Source: Sedimentisphaerales bacterium (GTDB lineage: Bacteria; Planctomycetota; Phycisphaerae; Sedimentisphaerales; Anaerobacaceae). From it: a stretch of 64,000 bases of DNA. Shown here piece by piece: positions 37,249 through 46,910 of the stretch. The notes beneath the pieces are model-generated. The model was not told the origin of the DNA and did not search any database. It worked only from the letters and a program-made list of their open reading frames with translations. The stretch is from assembly GCA_049509475.1 (NCBI GenBank), contig JBEKZW010000005.1, positions 1-64,000 of the forward strand. Reading direction: 5' to 3'. Position numbers and translations under genes: made by a program. Every line of letters starts with the position of its first letter. The first letter of the stretch is position 1.

Positions 37249-38733
37249 ATGACTAACGGTATCATTCTGCCGGCAAATGCGCAGGCCCAAAGTGTTTCCC
37301 ATTTGTATGAGTCGCTGCGGCGGGCAAGGCCGACGACAAAAGACGACATGAAAAACTATATCAAGGTCTTTTTGGGAATCGACGTGCCGGATAAGCGAAT
37401 CTGCCCTGAGCACAACAGTCCCCTCGATTATCTCTGGCACAGTTTTAATTGTGATTTTGCAAATCCGAAACTTGCCAATGCTGATTGCATTGTCTGGGCG
37501 AATCGGGGCGGGGGCAAAACCGACCTTGCGGCTGTGGCGACGCTACTGGACTGCGTCTTCAAGCCGAATTGCCAGGTTCGGATATTAGCCGGCTCAGAGG
37601 AACAGGCGGGCAGAATGTATCAATACCTCACCGCCTTTTTGCGTAAAGGTTACGAGCAGTTGCTTTCGGAGCCAATCAGGAAGACGGGGTGTCGATTTGC
37701 TAATGGTTCGGCTGTTGATGTTCTCACGCAGTCGCAGGCGAGCGTTCGAGGCCAGCACATTCAGAAACTCCGCTGCGATGAGGTTGAGCTTTTTGATAAC
37801 GATGTATTTAATGCCGCGAAATTCACCACTCAAAGTAGTGATGACATAATCGCCGGTATGGAGACAATCAGCACAATGCACAAACCCTACGGCCTTATGC
37901 AAAAGCTCGTTTCCTCAGCGGCCAAAACAAACACTCCCGTTTTCAAATGGTGCGTCTGGGAGACAATTGAGAAATGCACAGACCGGAATTGTTCACAGTG
38001 TTTGCTGTGGGGCGATTGCGCGGGCAGGGCGAAACAGGCAGCAGGGTATTTGAAAATTGACGATTGCATTACGCAGATGCGGCGCAGCAGCAGGGCGGGC
38101 TGGGAAGCCGAGATGCTGTGCCTGAAACCTAATCTCGAAAACGTTGTCTTTGACCAGTTCGACCCGGCTATTCACGTCAGGCCCGTCGAATATGACGCGA
38201 ATTTGCCTTTGTATCGTTCGCTGGATTTTGGGTTTGCCAATCCCTTTGTCTGCCTGTGGATTCAGATCGATAGCGAAGGCGTAGTGCGGGTGATTGATGA
38301 ATACGTACGCTCTCGCGCGACAATCGATGCTCACGCGGCTGAGTTGAAGAGCAGAATCTCTGGAGGTGAGTCGCGAGTCATAGCGACATTTTGCGACCCT
38401 GCCGGTGCGGGAGCAAATGATGTTACCGGCACAAGTGCGGTTCGTGAATTGCGTTCGCTGGGCATAAACGTACGGTATCGCAGAAGCGGCATCGCGGAAG
38501 GTATCGAGTCAATCCGCCGGGCGATACGTGATGGCGCAGGCAAAAGCCGATTTGTTGTCTCACCCAAATGCGCCCGCCTTATCGAGGCCCTGACCTGCTA
38601 TCACTATCCTGATACGCCAACAGGCGACGAATTACCTCTGAAAGACGGCGTTTACGACCACCCTATCGATGCCCTGCGTTATTTCTTCGTAAATTACGAA
38701 CACAATACGCAAACAAGGCATAGGATTTATTGA
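37249..38733 (+). CDS. Phage terminase large subunit-like protein
   Basis: Walker A-like ANRGGGKTD, ATPase coupling DEVELFD, and a C-terminal RNase-H-like nuclease domain (SLDFGFANPFVCLW, FCDPAGAG, DHPIDALRYF). Confidence 0.8.
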   Translation: MTNGIILPANAQAQSVSHLYESLRRARPTTKDDMKNYIKVFLGIDVPDKRICPEHNSPLDYLWHSFNCDFANPKLANADCIVWANRGGGKTDLAAVATLLDCVFKPNCQVRILAGSEEQAGRMYQYLTAFLRKGYEQLLSEPIRKTGCRFANGSAVDVLTQSQASVRGQHIQKLRCDEVELFDNDVFNAAKFTTQSSDDIIAGMETISTMHKPYGLMQKLVSSAAKTNTPVFKWCVWETIEKCTDRNCSQCLLWGDCAGRAKQAAGYLKIDDCITQMRRSSRAGWEAEMLCLKPNLENVVFDQFDPAIHVRPVEYDANLPLYRSLDFGFANPFVCLWIQIDSEGVVRVIDEYVRSRATIDAHAAELKSRISGGESRVIATFCDPAGAGANDVTGTSAVRELRSLGINVRYRRSGIAEGIESIRRAIRDGAGKSRFVVSPKCARLIEALTCYHYPDTPTGDELPLKDGVYDHPIDALRYFFVNYEHNTQTRHRIY

Positions 38734-38764
38734 AGAGGGTGGGCTTTCGGCGCAGAAAAAAACA

Positions 38765-38808
38765 GGACTGGGTCGGAGGGAGGGGAGAAAGCGAGATATC
38801 CCAGCCCT
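38765..38808. other. Stem-loop element with GGAGGGAGGGGAG loop, copy 1
   Basis: GGACTGGG...CCCAGCC stem. A paralogous hairpin lies at 39073-39116. Confidence 0.45.
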
Positions 38809-39072
38809 GTTGTTGGTACAAAAATCACGAAAGTTGGCGCATAAGTGCCTATTGGTGTGGGAACCTTTCGGCAAACTCTCGCCTTAATAATATAACGAAA
38901 TCATCCTACCATACTCAGCCGGGTTCGACAAGGAAAATTTTCGCGAAAAACACGTATTTTTTGCTTTTCTGGCGAAAAACGACCTCCCAAATCTGCCATT
39001 TCCAGATATCCCTGCATTCGCGTAAAACCCATCAGTTCTGCGTATAACAGCACTATTTGCGGGAAAAAGATT

Positions 39073-39116
39073 GGGCTGCGGTCAGGAGGGAGGAGAGGAG
39101 AGAATTACCGCAGCCC
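39073..39116. other. Stem-loop element with GGAGGGAGGAGAGGAG loop, copy 2
   Basis: GGGCTGCGG...CCGCAGCCC 9-bp stem. The purine-rich loop is related to copy 1. Confidence 0.45.
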
Positions 39117-39559
39117 GTGGTCATCGTTCACAGCATATACGCAGACAAGTCAAAGCAGGTTCGCATCTTTGAAGGCATATTGCTGAAAATCATCGGCTCG
39201 CTTAAAAATCGGATAATAAGGGAATTGTAATACGGGGGTTGCGCAAAGGCAAATTAAATTGTTAAAAGAACGGGTATCTGATATTCCCCTTAATCATCAT
39301 AGGCATTAAATTTCATCTCCGCCGGCACGAAATGGCCGCTTGGACTTGTTAATCGAACCCGGGCAATCCGTCTTTGTTCTGAAGACGTATAAATAAATGA
39401 AGAAGGTTAATACGAAAGTGAGGTTTTTATGAAGAATAATTGTGCTCAAAGGTTGCCGAATGTTACAATTGCCATCGAGATTAGCAAGACAAATCAAGAG
39501 CAGCAACGCGGACCGTGAGAACGGAGCGATGAAAATAAAAACCGTCAAAGAAAGGCGGT

Positions 39560-40912
39560 GTGACAATGTTTACCAAGTTTAAAAAAAGTTTGATTATGCT
39601 TTTAATGTTTTCGGGCTTAGTTTTGTACACTGAGCCGGCATATGCCAGAGGCGAAGGAGGCGGCAGTCGAGACGGTGAAATGGGAATGGGGCACTTCAAT
39701 GGTGATGGTGGCCATGGTGGTGGAATGAGCCACTTTAGCGGCGGCGCTATCTGGAACAACAACTTCAGAGGCGTTGGTGTTATTAGTGGGGGCAGCATTG
39801 GTGTCAGAAGCGGCGGTTTCGTAAGTAGTCCTTCCGGCATGAGAAGCGGCGGCTGGAGCAGCGGCAACGGCGGTTCTCAGAGAGATATGGATGTCCATGA
39901 ATCTCATAGCCAAGGTTTTCACAACGACGCCTTTAACAGAGATATGGGCGGCAGGGAATTTAACGGCGGGGAAGGACATGGGCATGTCGGGTTCAGAGAT
40001 TTTGACCATGGCCATGATTTTGACCATGACAGAGGTCACTTCTCCGACCAGGACCGTGATTTCCACCACAACCATTTTTTCTTTAACCCAGTTTTTGACA
40101 GTTTCTTCTTTAACCCATTCTTTGAGACGGGTGTGTTCTATAACCCCTGTTTCAATGGGTATTACTATGGTTCGCCCTGGTACGGCTACTATCCATACTA
40201 CGATTATTACCCTTATGGGTATAGCTATGGCACAGGCGGGAACAGTTATTACAACACGTATAATTACTACACCAACCCGATAGTCGGAACAGAGAATGGT
40301 GCCGGAGCAGCCGGTTCGACGACGTCTGCGGACAATTATTTCAATGAAGGTGTCAGGATGTTCGGGAACGGCAATTTCACCTTCGCAGCGGAGAAGTTCA
40401 AAGCGGCTATGTCGCTTGTACCGCAGGACAAGGTTTTACCTTTTGCTTATGCCCAGGCGGTTTTCGCCAGCGGTGATTACGTTACGGCCGCAACAGCAGT
40501 TCGCGATGCGGTTGCAAGAATCACGCCCGAGACCGAAGGGATTTTTTATCCTCGCAGAATGTATTCGAGCGATGTGGTTCTCCAGCATCAGATAAAAGCG
40601 CTTGCCGGAGCCGTGCAAATGAACGAGAACAATGCGAGCCTGCAGCTTCTGCTTGGATATAATGAGCTTGGGATAGGTGAGCTTGACAAGGCGGAGGCGG
40701 CTTTAAAGATTGCCAGCACTGACCAGGCAAACGGGCCGACAGCAACAGCGCTTCTGAAGCTGGTTGCTAAGCTTCGGACAGCAGGCGCTGAAACACCCAA
40801 GGCCGTAACACAAAAGACGGAGAATACGGCGCCGGGAATTCCAAAGACACAGAATCCGATGACGGAAACTGCGCCGCCGGCAGCACCGAAGGCGGAAACG
40901 CCTGTATACTAA
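39560..40912 (+). CDS. Secreted Gly/His/Asp/Tyr-rich low-complexity protein with C-terminal TPR-like helical domain
   Basis: Signal peptide, GG/HG/DHD/FN repeats (HGHDFDHDRGHFSDQDRDFHHNHF), a Tyr-rich block (YYPYYDYYPYGYSYG), and a C-terminal helical region. Confidence 0.6.
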   Translation: MTMFTKFKKSLIMLLMFSGLVLYTEPAYARGEGGGSRDGEMGMGHFNGDGGHGGGMSHFSGGAIWNNNFRGVGVISGGSIGVRSGGFVSSPSGMRSGGWSSGNGGSQRDMDVHESHSQGFHNDAFNRDMGGREFNGGEGHGHVGFRDFDHGHDFDHDRGHFSDQDRDFHHNHFFFNPVFDSFFFNPFFETGVFYNPCFNGYYYGSPWYGYYPYYDYYPYGYSYGTGGNSYYNTYNYYTNPIVGTENGAGAAGSTTSADNYFNEGVRMFGNGNFTFAAEKFKAAMSLVPQDKVLPFAYAQAVFASGDYVTAATAVRDAVARITPETEGIFYPRRMYSSDVVLQHQIKALAGAVQMNENNASLQLLLGYNELGIGELDKAEAALKIASTDQANGPTATALLKLVAKLRTAGAETPKAVTQKTENTAPGIPKTQNPMTETAPPAAPKAETPVY

Positions 40913-40961
40913 GCCGTAACTAAAAGCTGAGTGAAAAGCCGGAGAGAGGGGGACAAAATTG

Positions 40962-40995
40962 TGGAGCCTTGCTCCATTTTTTTATTTGTCCGGAG
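40962..40995 (+). terminator. Terminator-like hairpin between convergent genes
   Basis: GGAGCCTTGCTCC followed by ATTTTTTTATTT. Confidence 0.4.
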
Positions 40996-42073
40996 CGGGT
41001 GCATCAGCCGGTTTTGGCACAGGGGCGGAACTGCCGTGAGCGAGAATCTCGTGGAGCAAACTGTAGCCAACAGCCAGCAGGGTGGGCCCAAGAAAAACGC
41101 CGATGAAGCCGAACGCCACTAAACCGCCAAGCACGCCGATAAACGTTACGATGAATGACAGCTTGGAGCCGCGGCTGATGAGATAGGGCTTGATAAAATT
41201 ATCGATGCCGCTGATGCCGAAGATACCGTAAATAACCATAAAAACGCCCCAGCCGGTACGCCCCTCAGCTAAAAGCCATATGGAGGCGGTTATCCAGATA
41301 ACCGGCGGGCCGAAGGGAATGAAACCGAGGATAAAAGTCATCGTGGCAAGCAGCATCGGTGAAGGCACCCCGGCGATACTGAATCCAATCCAGGCCGCCA
41401 AACCCTGGGCCAGAGCTGTGCCTATGGTACCATAAACAACGCTTCGCACGGTTGTTTTTACGACATCCATCAGGTGCTGAGCAGAGTCGCCGCTTATCCT
41501 CTGAAAGAGCTCACTAATATTTTCCACAATCCCGTTGCCGTCACGGTAGAGGAAAAACGCAATCAGCACACTCATCGCGAGGGTGAAAACGCCCTGTGCA
41601 AAATTGAAACTGTATTTCAGCAGCCACAAACCCGCTTGCTCAAACCACGGTTTGAGCCGGTTTAGGGCGGGTTCCGCATCTTCAGCCAGGCTGGACCAGT
41701 ATTCAGTAATCTTCGCACCAACGAGGGGAATGCGTTCGACCCACGCGGGCGGCGGGAGGAAGCCTGTTTCCTTCTGTGTGTCGAGCCATTGCATCGCGGA
41801 GCTAATGCTGTCTGTAAAGGTGAGGCCGACGACGAAGAAGGGGACGAAAAGCACCAGTAAAAGTAAGACAGTCATAATCGAGGCGGTAAGGTTGTACCGG
41901 CCTCGAAACCATTTTAATAACAGCTCACGCAGCGGCCATGTGACAAAACACAGGATAGCCGCCCAGATAATAGCCAGGGCAAAGGGCCGCAGCACAAGCG
42001 CACAGCCGACAATTAGCACGCCGATAAGGATTAGTCCCGCTATCTGTTCGATTCTTTGCTGATTCTTTATCAT
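40982..42073 (-). CDS. AI-2E family transporter (PerM/YhhT-like)
   Basis: 363 aa. Eight predicted TM helices with the AI-2E-type conserved central loop. Confidence 0.8.
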   Translation of the reverse strand: MIKNQQRIEQIAGLILIGVLIVGCALVLRPFALAIIWAAILCFVTWPLRELLLKWFRGRYNLTASIMTVLLLLVLFVPFFVVGLTFTDSISSAMQWLDTQKETGFLPPPAWVERIPLVGAKITEYWSSLAEDAEPALNRLKPWFEQAGLWLLKYSFNFAQGVFTLAMSVLIAFFLYRDGNGIVENISELFQRISGDSAQHLMDVVKTTVRSVVYGTIGTALAQGLAAWIGFSIAGVPSPMLLATMTFILGFIPFGPPVIWITASIWLLAEGRTGWGVFMVIYGIFGISGIDNFIKPYLISRGSKLSFIVTFIGVLGGLVAFGFIGVFLGPTLLAVGYSLLHEILAHGSSAPVPKPADAPAPDK

Positions 42074-42324
42074 TTACATTTCCCTGTTTGTCAACCTGCG
42101 TAAGTATACAAATCTGGCTGCCGCATAGCAACCGCTAAACCATTGCTTGTGAATTGCCAATCGGTTCAGCAGTTATAGTGATGTCCTGTTCATGCCTCTT
42201 ATCAGGTCGCGTCGTCGTTTCGGAAGCCAAAAACTGTTATCGGCGGAAATTGCTGATTGACGTGTGCCTGCAGCAATAATAAACTTACGATTTTACGCAC
42301 ATTAACTTTTTTGGAGATGCAGGC

Positions 42325-43200
42325 GTGGAAGAAGCTATTACCAAGGCCCAGGGGCTTATCGAGGCGATGGCGTACATTCGCAAGTTCCGGGGCAAGATAG
42401 TGGTGGTGAAACTGGGCGGCAGCGTTCTGGACGATGAATGTCTGCAAAAAAAGATGCTTACCGATGTGGCGTTTATGTCAACGGTCGGTATCAGGACGAT
42501 AATCGTCCACGGAGGCGGCAAGGCGATAACCCGTGCGATGAACGAGGCGGGGCTGGAGCCGGTCTGGGTGCAGGGCAGACGCTATACCGACGAGCGGACG
42601 CTGCGAATCGTCGAACATACGCTGGTTCACAGCGTAAATGACCCCGTTTGCAAAGTCCTCGGTGATTTGGGCTGCCGGGCAATGGCGCTGCACACATTGA
42701 GCAGTTGCGTGCTGTTTGCAGAACAATTGCGATTAGACGGCCCTGACGGACGCAAAATCGATTTGGGTTTTGTCGGCAAAGTGACTGAAGTCAACGGCCA
42801 GCTTTTGAAGACGCTTTGCGCCGACGGGACGATACCGGTAATAGCATCGGTCGCGATGGACCAGTTTGGCGGAACACTCAATGTCAACGCCGATACCGCG
42901 GCGGGAAAAGTCGCTGCGGCGGTCGAGGCCGAAAAGCTGGTAATGGTCAGCGATACGCACGGGATTCGCAGGGATATGAAGGACCCCAATAGCTGGGTTT
43001 CGAGCCTGAATGAGCAGCAAATTAAGGAAATGATTGACGCGAAGATTATTACCGACGCGATGTTCCCCAAGGTCGAGGCGTGTTTAATCGCCCTTGAGGC
43101 AGGCGTCAAAAAGGCGCATATTATCGACGGGCAGATTGAACATTCGCTGCTATTAGAGATTTACACCGATAAGGGCGTTGGAACCGAAATTGTTAAGTAA
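42325..43200 (+). CDS. argB: Acetylglutamate kinase
   Basis: GTG start. The N-terminus matches ArgB (YIRKFRGKIVVVKLGGSVL, IIVHGGG). Confidence 0.9.
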   Translation: MEEAITKAQGLIEAMAYIRKFRGKIVVVKLGGSVLDDECLQKKMLTDVAFMSTVGIRTIIVHGGGKAITRAMNEAGLEPVWVQGRRYTDERTLRIVEHTLVHSVNDPVCKVLGDLGCRAMALHTLSSCVLFAEQLRLDGPDGRKIDLGFVGKVTEVNGQLLKTLCADGTIPVIASVAMDQFGGTLNVNADTAAGKVAAAVEAEKLVMVSDTHGIRRDMKDPNSWVSSLNEQQIKEMIDAKIITDAMFPKVEACLIALEAGVKKAHIIDGQIEHSLLLEIYTDKGVGTEIVK

Positions 43201-43237
43201 GTAAAAAGTAAAAAGGTAAAAGGAAAAAAAGAGAAAA

Positions 43238-44419
43238 ATGACGACACAGGAAACGATAGAGCTATACAGTAAATACGTAATCGCGAATTACAAGCGGCTG
43301 CCGCGGGTGATTGTTAAGGGTGAAGGGTGTTATCTTTACGACGCCGAGGGCAATAAGATTCTCGATATGTTCCCCGGCTGGGCGGTCAGCGGAATCGGTC
43401 ATTGCCATCCGAAAGTGGTTGCGGCGATTCGCAAGCAGGCGGGCGAGCTTCTGCATATCGATAACACATTTTATTCGGAGCAGCAGGGCGAACTGGCGAA
43501 ATTGCTCAGCGAACGCGGCTTCGGCGGCAAATGCTTTTTCTGCAACAGCGGCGCGGAGGCAAACGAAGGCGCATTGAAACTGGCGCGTCTGGCGACGCCT
43601 GATGGGAAGTATAAATTTATCACAGCCGAAGGCAGTTTCCACGGCCGGACATTTGCCACGGTTACCGCGACTGCGCAGCCCAAATATCATGAGGGTTTTT
43701 TGCCTTTGCTGCCGGGTTTTGTTTACGTGCCTTACAACGATATAAGCGCTCTCGAAAAGGCGTTCACCGATGAGGTTTGCGCGGTGATGATTGAGCCGAT
43801 TCAGGGCGAGGGCGGCATAAACGTCGCGACGAAGGAATATGTCGAGACGATTCGTCAGTTGTGCGACGAAAAAGGCGCGGTAATGATATTCGACGAGGTG
43901 CAGACCGGTATGGGACGAACGGGCAAATGGTTCGCGTATCAGCATTATGATGTTGAGCCGGATATTATTACGTTGGCCAAGGCGCTCGGCGGCGGCGTCG
44001 CAATCGGGGCAATGATGGCGAAAGAGGAGCTTGCCGCCAAATTAGTCCCCGGCAAGCATGCCTCGACATTCGGCGGCAACTGCATCGCCTGCGCGGCAGG
44101 TATCGCGGTCGTTGACGCGATTGAAGAAGACGGCTTAATCGAAAACGCCGTGAAGATGGGCGAATACGCGAAGCAAAAGCTTGAACAGCTCGGCGAGAAA
44201 TACGACATCATCAAGGAAGTCCGCGGTAAGGGCCTGATGATTGGCGTGCAGTTAGCGTCGCCGGGGGCGGCAATTGTCGATAAGTGCCTAGCGCGGGGCC
44301 TGCGAATCAACTGCACGAATAATACCGTGCTGCGTTTTATGCCCGCGATGATTGTCACGAAAGAGCAAATTGATGAGGCGATAAATATCCTGGACAGTGT
44401 AATGGGTGAAAGCAAATGA
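43238..44419 (+). CDS. argD: Acetylornithine aminotransferase
   Basis: Class III aminotransferase (GWAVSGIGHCHP, PLP-lysine region FDEVQTGMGRTG). Confidence 0.9.
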   Translation: MTTQETIELYSKYVIANYKRLPRVIVKGEGCYLYDAEGNKILDMFPGWAVSGIGHCHPKVVAAIRKQAGELLHIDNTFYSEQQGELAKLLSERGFGGKCFFCNSGAEANEGALKLARLATPDGKYKFITAEGSFHGRTFATVTATAQPKYHEGFLPLLPGFVYVPYNDISALEKAFTDEVCAVMIEPIQGEGGINVATKEYVETIRQLCDEKGAVMIFDEVQTGMGRTGKWFAYQHYDVEPDIITLAKALGGGVAIGAMMAKEELAAKLVPGKHASTFGGNCIACAAGIAVVDAIEEDGLIENAVKMGEYAKQKLEQLGEKYDIIKEVRGKGLMIGVQLASPGAAIVDKCLARGLRINCTNNTVLRFMPAMIVTKEQIDEAINILDSVMGESK

Positions 44420-45327
44420 AACATTTTTTGTGTATAAGCGATTGTTCGACGGAAGAATTGAATGAGCTGCTCGATTTAAGCACCTCGCTGAAGAAGCTCT
44501 ATAAGTCCGGCGGGCGGGACGTATGTCTGGCGGGCAAGGTCCTGGCGATGGTGTTCGAGAAGCCGAGCTTGCGGACGCGAATCAGCTTTCAGGTAGCAAT
44601 GACCGATTTGGGGGGCTCCGCGATATTCATCCGTCCCGAAGACATAGGCGGCATCGGCGCGCGCGAGCCGATTAAGGATATGGCACGGGTGCTGAGCCGA
44701 TATGTTGACGGAATAATGGCGCGGACGTTCGCACATAACACCGTTGTTGAACTCGCAAAATACGCGACGGTTCCCGTGATAAATGCGTTGACCGAATTAT
44801 CGCATCCCTGCCAGGCGATGGCGGACGTGCTTACGATAAAAGAGCACCTGGGCCGATTGTCAGGCGTAAAAATCGCATTCGTCGGCGACGGCAACAACGT
44901 CGCTCGCTCGCTCGCGTTCGCGGCTGCCAAACTGGGTATGAAAATGGTTGTCGCTTCGCCCAAGGGCTACGAGCTTGACTGGGGCACAGTCGAGAAGGCC
45001 AACAGCATCAAGGCTGACAGTGTCTCGATTGGCAATGACCCCGTAAAGGCAGTCGCAGGTGCCGATGTCGTCTATACCGATACATGGGTCAGTATGGGCC
45101 AGGAAGCTGAAAAGAAAAAACGCATCAAGGCCTTCAAAGGTTTCCAGGTCAATGCCGAATTGCTCAAATCGGCCCCGGCAGGTGTAAAGATTATGCACTG
45201 TCTGCCTGCATATCGCGATTATGAAATCACCGATGAGGTTGTCGAATCGCCGAATTCGATTATATTCGACCAGTCCGAAAATCGCCTGCACTTCCAGCGT
45301 GCGCTTGTTAAAAAACTGATGAGCTGA
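44416..45327 (+). CDS. argF: Ornithine carbamoyltransferase
   Basis: STRTR-like SLRTRISF motif, HPCQAMAD, HCLPA motifs. 4-bp overlap with argD. Confidence 0.9.
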   Translation: MKHFLCISDCSTEELNELLDLSTSLKKLYKSGGRDVCLAGKVLAMVFEKPSLRTRISFQVAMTDLGGSAIFIRPEDIGGIGAREPIKDMARVLSRYVDGIMARTFAHNTVVELAKYATVPVINALTELSHPCQAMADVLTIKEHLGRLSGVKIAFVGDGNNVARSLAFAAAKLGMKMVVASPKGYELDWGTVEKANSIKADSVSIGNDPVKAVAGADVVYTDTWVSMGQEAEKKKRIKAFKGFQVNAELLKSAPAGVKIMHCLPAYRDYEITDEVVESPNSIIFDQSENRLHFQRALVKKLMS

Positions 45328-45373
45328 TCTTGTGACGCATTGAATATCAGTCCAGATCACAGGAGGGAATGGT

Positions 45374-45937
45374 ATGAACTTCAAAATTAGCTATATCCAA
45401 AATTATATATCACCAAGCAATTTGGATACAAATGCGATTCTCAAGATATACGGAACTTCTGTGGATTCTTTGGAGAGCGCTTTGAAAAATACCTTATTTA
45501 TTTATCAAAACATCACTAAAGGATTCCAAAAAGAGTTGGCTAAACAAATCGAAGATGTTCTTAAGAAACACTTTCAAGGAGTGGGGGGGCAGTTATGTTT
45601 TGGTAGGTTATATTCGCCAGTATTGGGCGAAAAACCAGATGTAGCTATTGGCCTAAAAGGACGCTCTAAAAAAATATTCATCGAAATAGAGTTCCGACCA
45701 AACGAGCACAAAGACATTGTGAAATTTCTCATTGGGCACAAAAAACAAACGCTTGAACTCGCTATTCTGATAGTCCCTGTTGATAGAAAAACCATAACTA
45801 AGTATTATCCTAAGAGATATAAGACGAAATATCACACTATGACTGAATTTGGGAAATGCGTGAAAATCATCGAGGAGCTACAGTCCGATTGCCCTATATG
45901 GGTTATGGGATTTGATGGTAAATGGGTTTCAGCGTGA
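45374..45937 (+). CDS. Hypothetical protein (AT-rich insert; possible PD-(D/E)xK-like nuclease fold)
   Basis: 187 aa in a low-GC segment between argF and rdgB. KPDVAIG...IFIEIEF pattern. No confident domain. Confidence 0.45.
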   Translation: MNFKISYIQNYISPSNLDTNAILKIYGTSVDSLESALKNTLFIYQNITKGFQKELAKQIEDVLKKHFQGVGGQLCFGRLYSPVLGEKPDVAIGLKGRSKKIFIEIEFRPNEHKDIVKFLIGHKKQTLELAILIVPVDRKTITKYYPKRYKTKYHTMTEFGKCVKIIEELQSDCPIWVMGFDGKWVSA

Positions 45938-45992
45938 TGATAGAAATACGAACTAAAGGCAGACTGAATCTAAACTTCGGGCATATGGAATA

Positions 45993-46271
45993 ATGGACAA
46001 AGATTGTTCTCCCATTTATATAAAAGAATTCCCTGAGGTTTTCGACAGGTTCACTTTTGATTATCTGTTCAAAAGGTTATTGTTTGATGGTTACGACCAG
46101 GAAGCAGCGAAGGAAATCATCTTGTACAACTGTGCATTAAGTTTGCTGGTAATGCAAGAACGGGTAGATAACAAGTATTATTTGAAGATGAAAGCAAACG
46201 ATGGCGTTGCCCCAGACCTTCTTGCTATGTTGCATGAAGAGTTAATGAAAAAAACATATCGTTGGAATTGA
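45993..46271 (+). CDS. Hypothetical small protein (AT-rich insert)
   Basis: 92 aa ORF adjacent to 45374-45937 in the same low-GC block. Confidence 0.4.
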   Translation: MDKDCSPIYIKEFPEVFDRFTFDYLFKRLLFDGYDQEAAKEIILYNCALSLLVMQERVDNKYYLKMKANDGVAPDLLAMLHEELMKKTYRWN

Positions 46272-46289
46272 TGGAACAGGCCTTGAGCG

Positions 46290-46910
46290 ATGGTGATTCA
46301 CAGAAAGATACTCGTAGCCAGCACGAATCCGGGGAAGCTAAAAGAGTTGCGAGAGATGCTCGATGGCGATATTGAATGGGTTGGCTTATCGGATTTCCCC
46401 AGCGTGGGTGAGATTGAGGAGGACGGCAAAACATTTGCCGAGAACGCCCGCAAAAAGGCGCTCGGCTACGCGAAGGCGACAGGCCTGTGGACATTAGCGG
46501 ATGATTCGGGGCTGGTCATTGATGCGCTGGGCGGAGAGCCCGGCGTAAAGAGCGCAAGATTTTCCGGCGACAAAGAGGCAAACCGAGGTCTTCTCGACCA
46601 CAAGAATATGGCCAAGGTCTTGAACCTTCTGCAAGGTGTGCCAAAAGAAAAAAGGACCGCTCGATTTATGTGCTGTCTGTGTTTGGCAAGTCCTGAAAAA
46701 GTTTTGGTTGAGACGGAAGGGAAATTAGAGGGGTTGATTATCGATAAGCCAATGGGCGAAAACGGTTTCGGATATGACCCGATATTTTTTGTGCCAGCGT
46801 TGGACAAGACGGTTGCCCAGATGACTTCCGAAGAAAAAAACGCCATTTCCCATCGCGGCAACGCAATTCGGAAATTTAAACCGAAACTCGAGAAACTTCT
46901 CAGGGGTTAA
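46290..46910 (+). CDS. rdgB: dITP/XTP pyrophosphatase (Ham1/RdgB family)
   Basis: ILVASTNPGKLKE, FGYDPIFF and SHRG motifs. Confidence 0.9.
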   Translation: MVIHRKILVASTNPGKLKELREMLDGDIEWVGLSDFPSVGEIEEDGKTFAENARKKALGYAKATGLWTLADDSGLVIDALGGEPGVKSARFSGDKEANRGLLDHKNMAKVLNLLQGVPKEKRTARFMCCLCLASPEKVLVETEGKLEGLIIDKPMGENGFGYDPIFFVPALDKTVAQMTSEEKNAISHRGNAIRKFKPKLEKLLRG

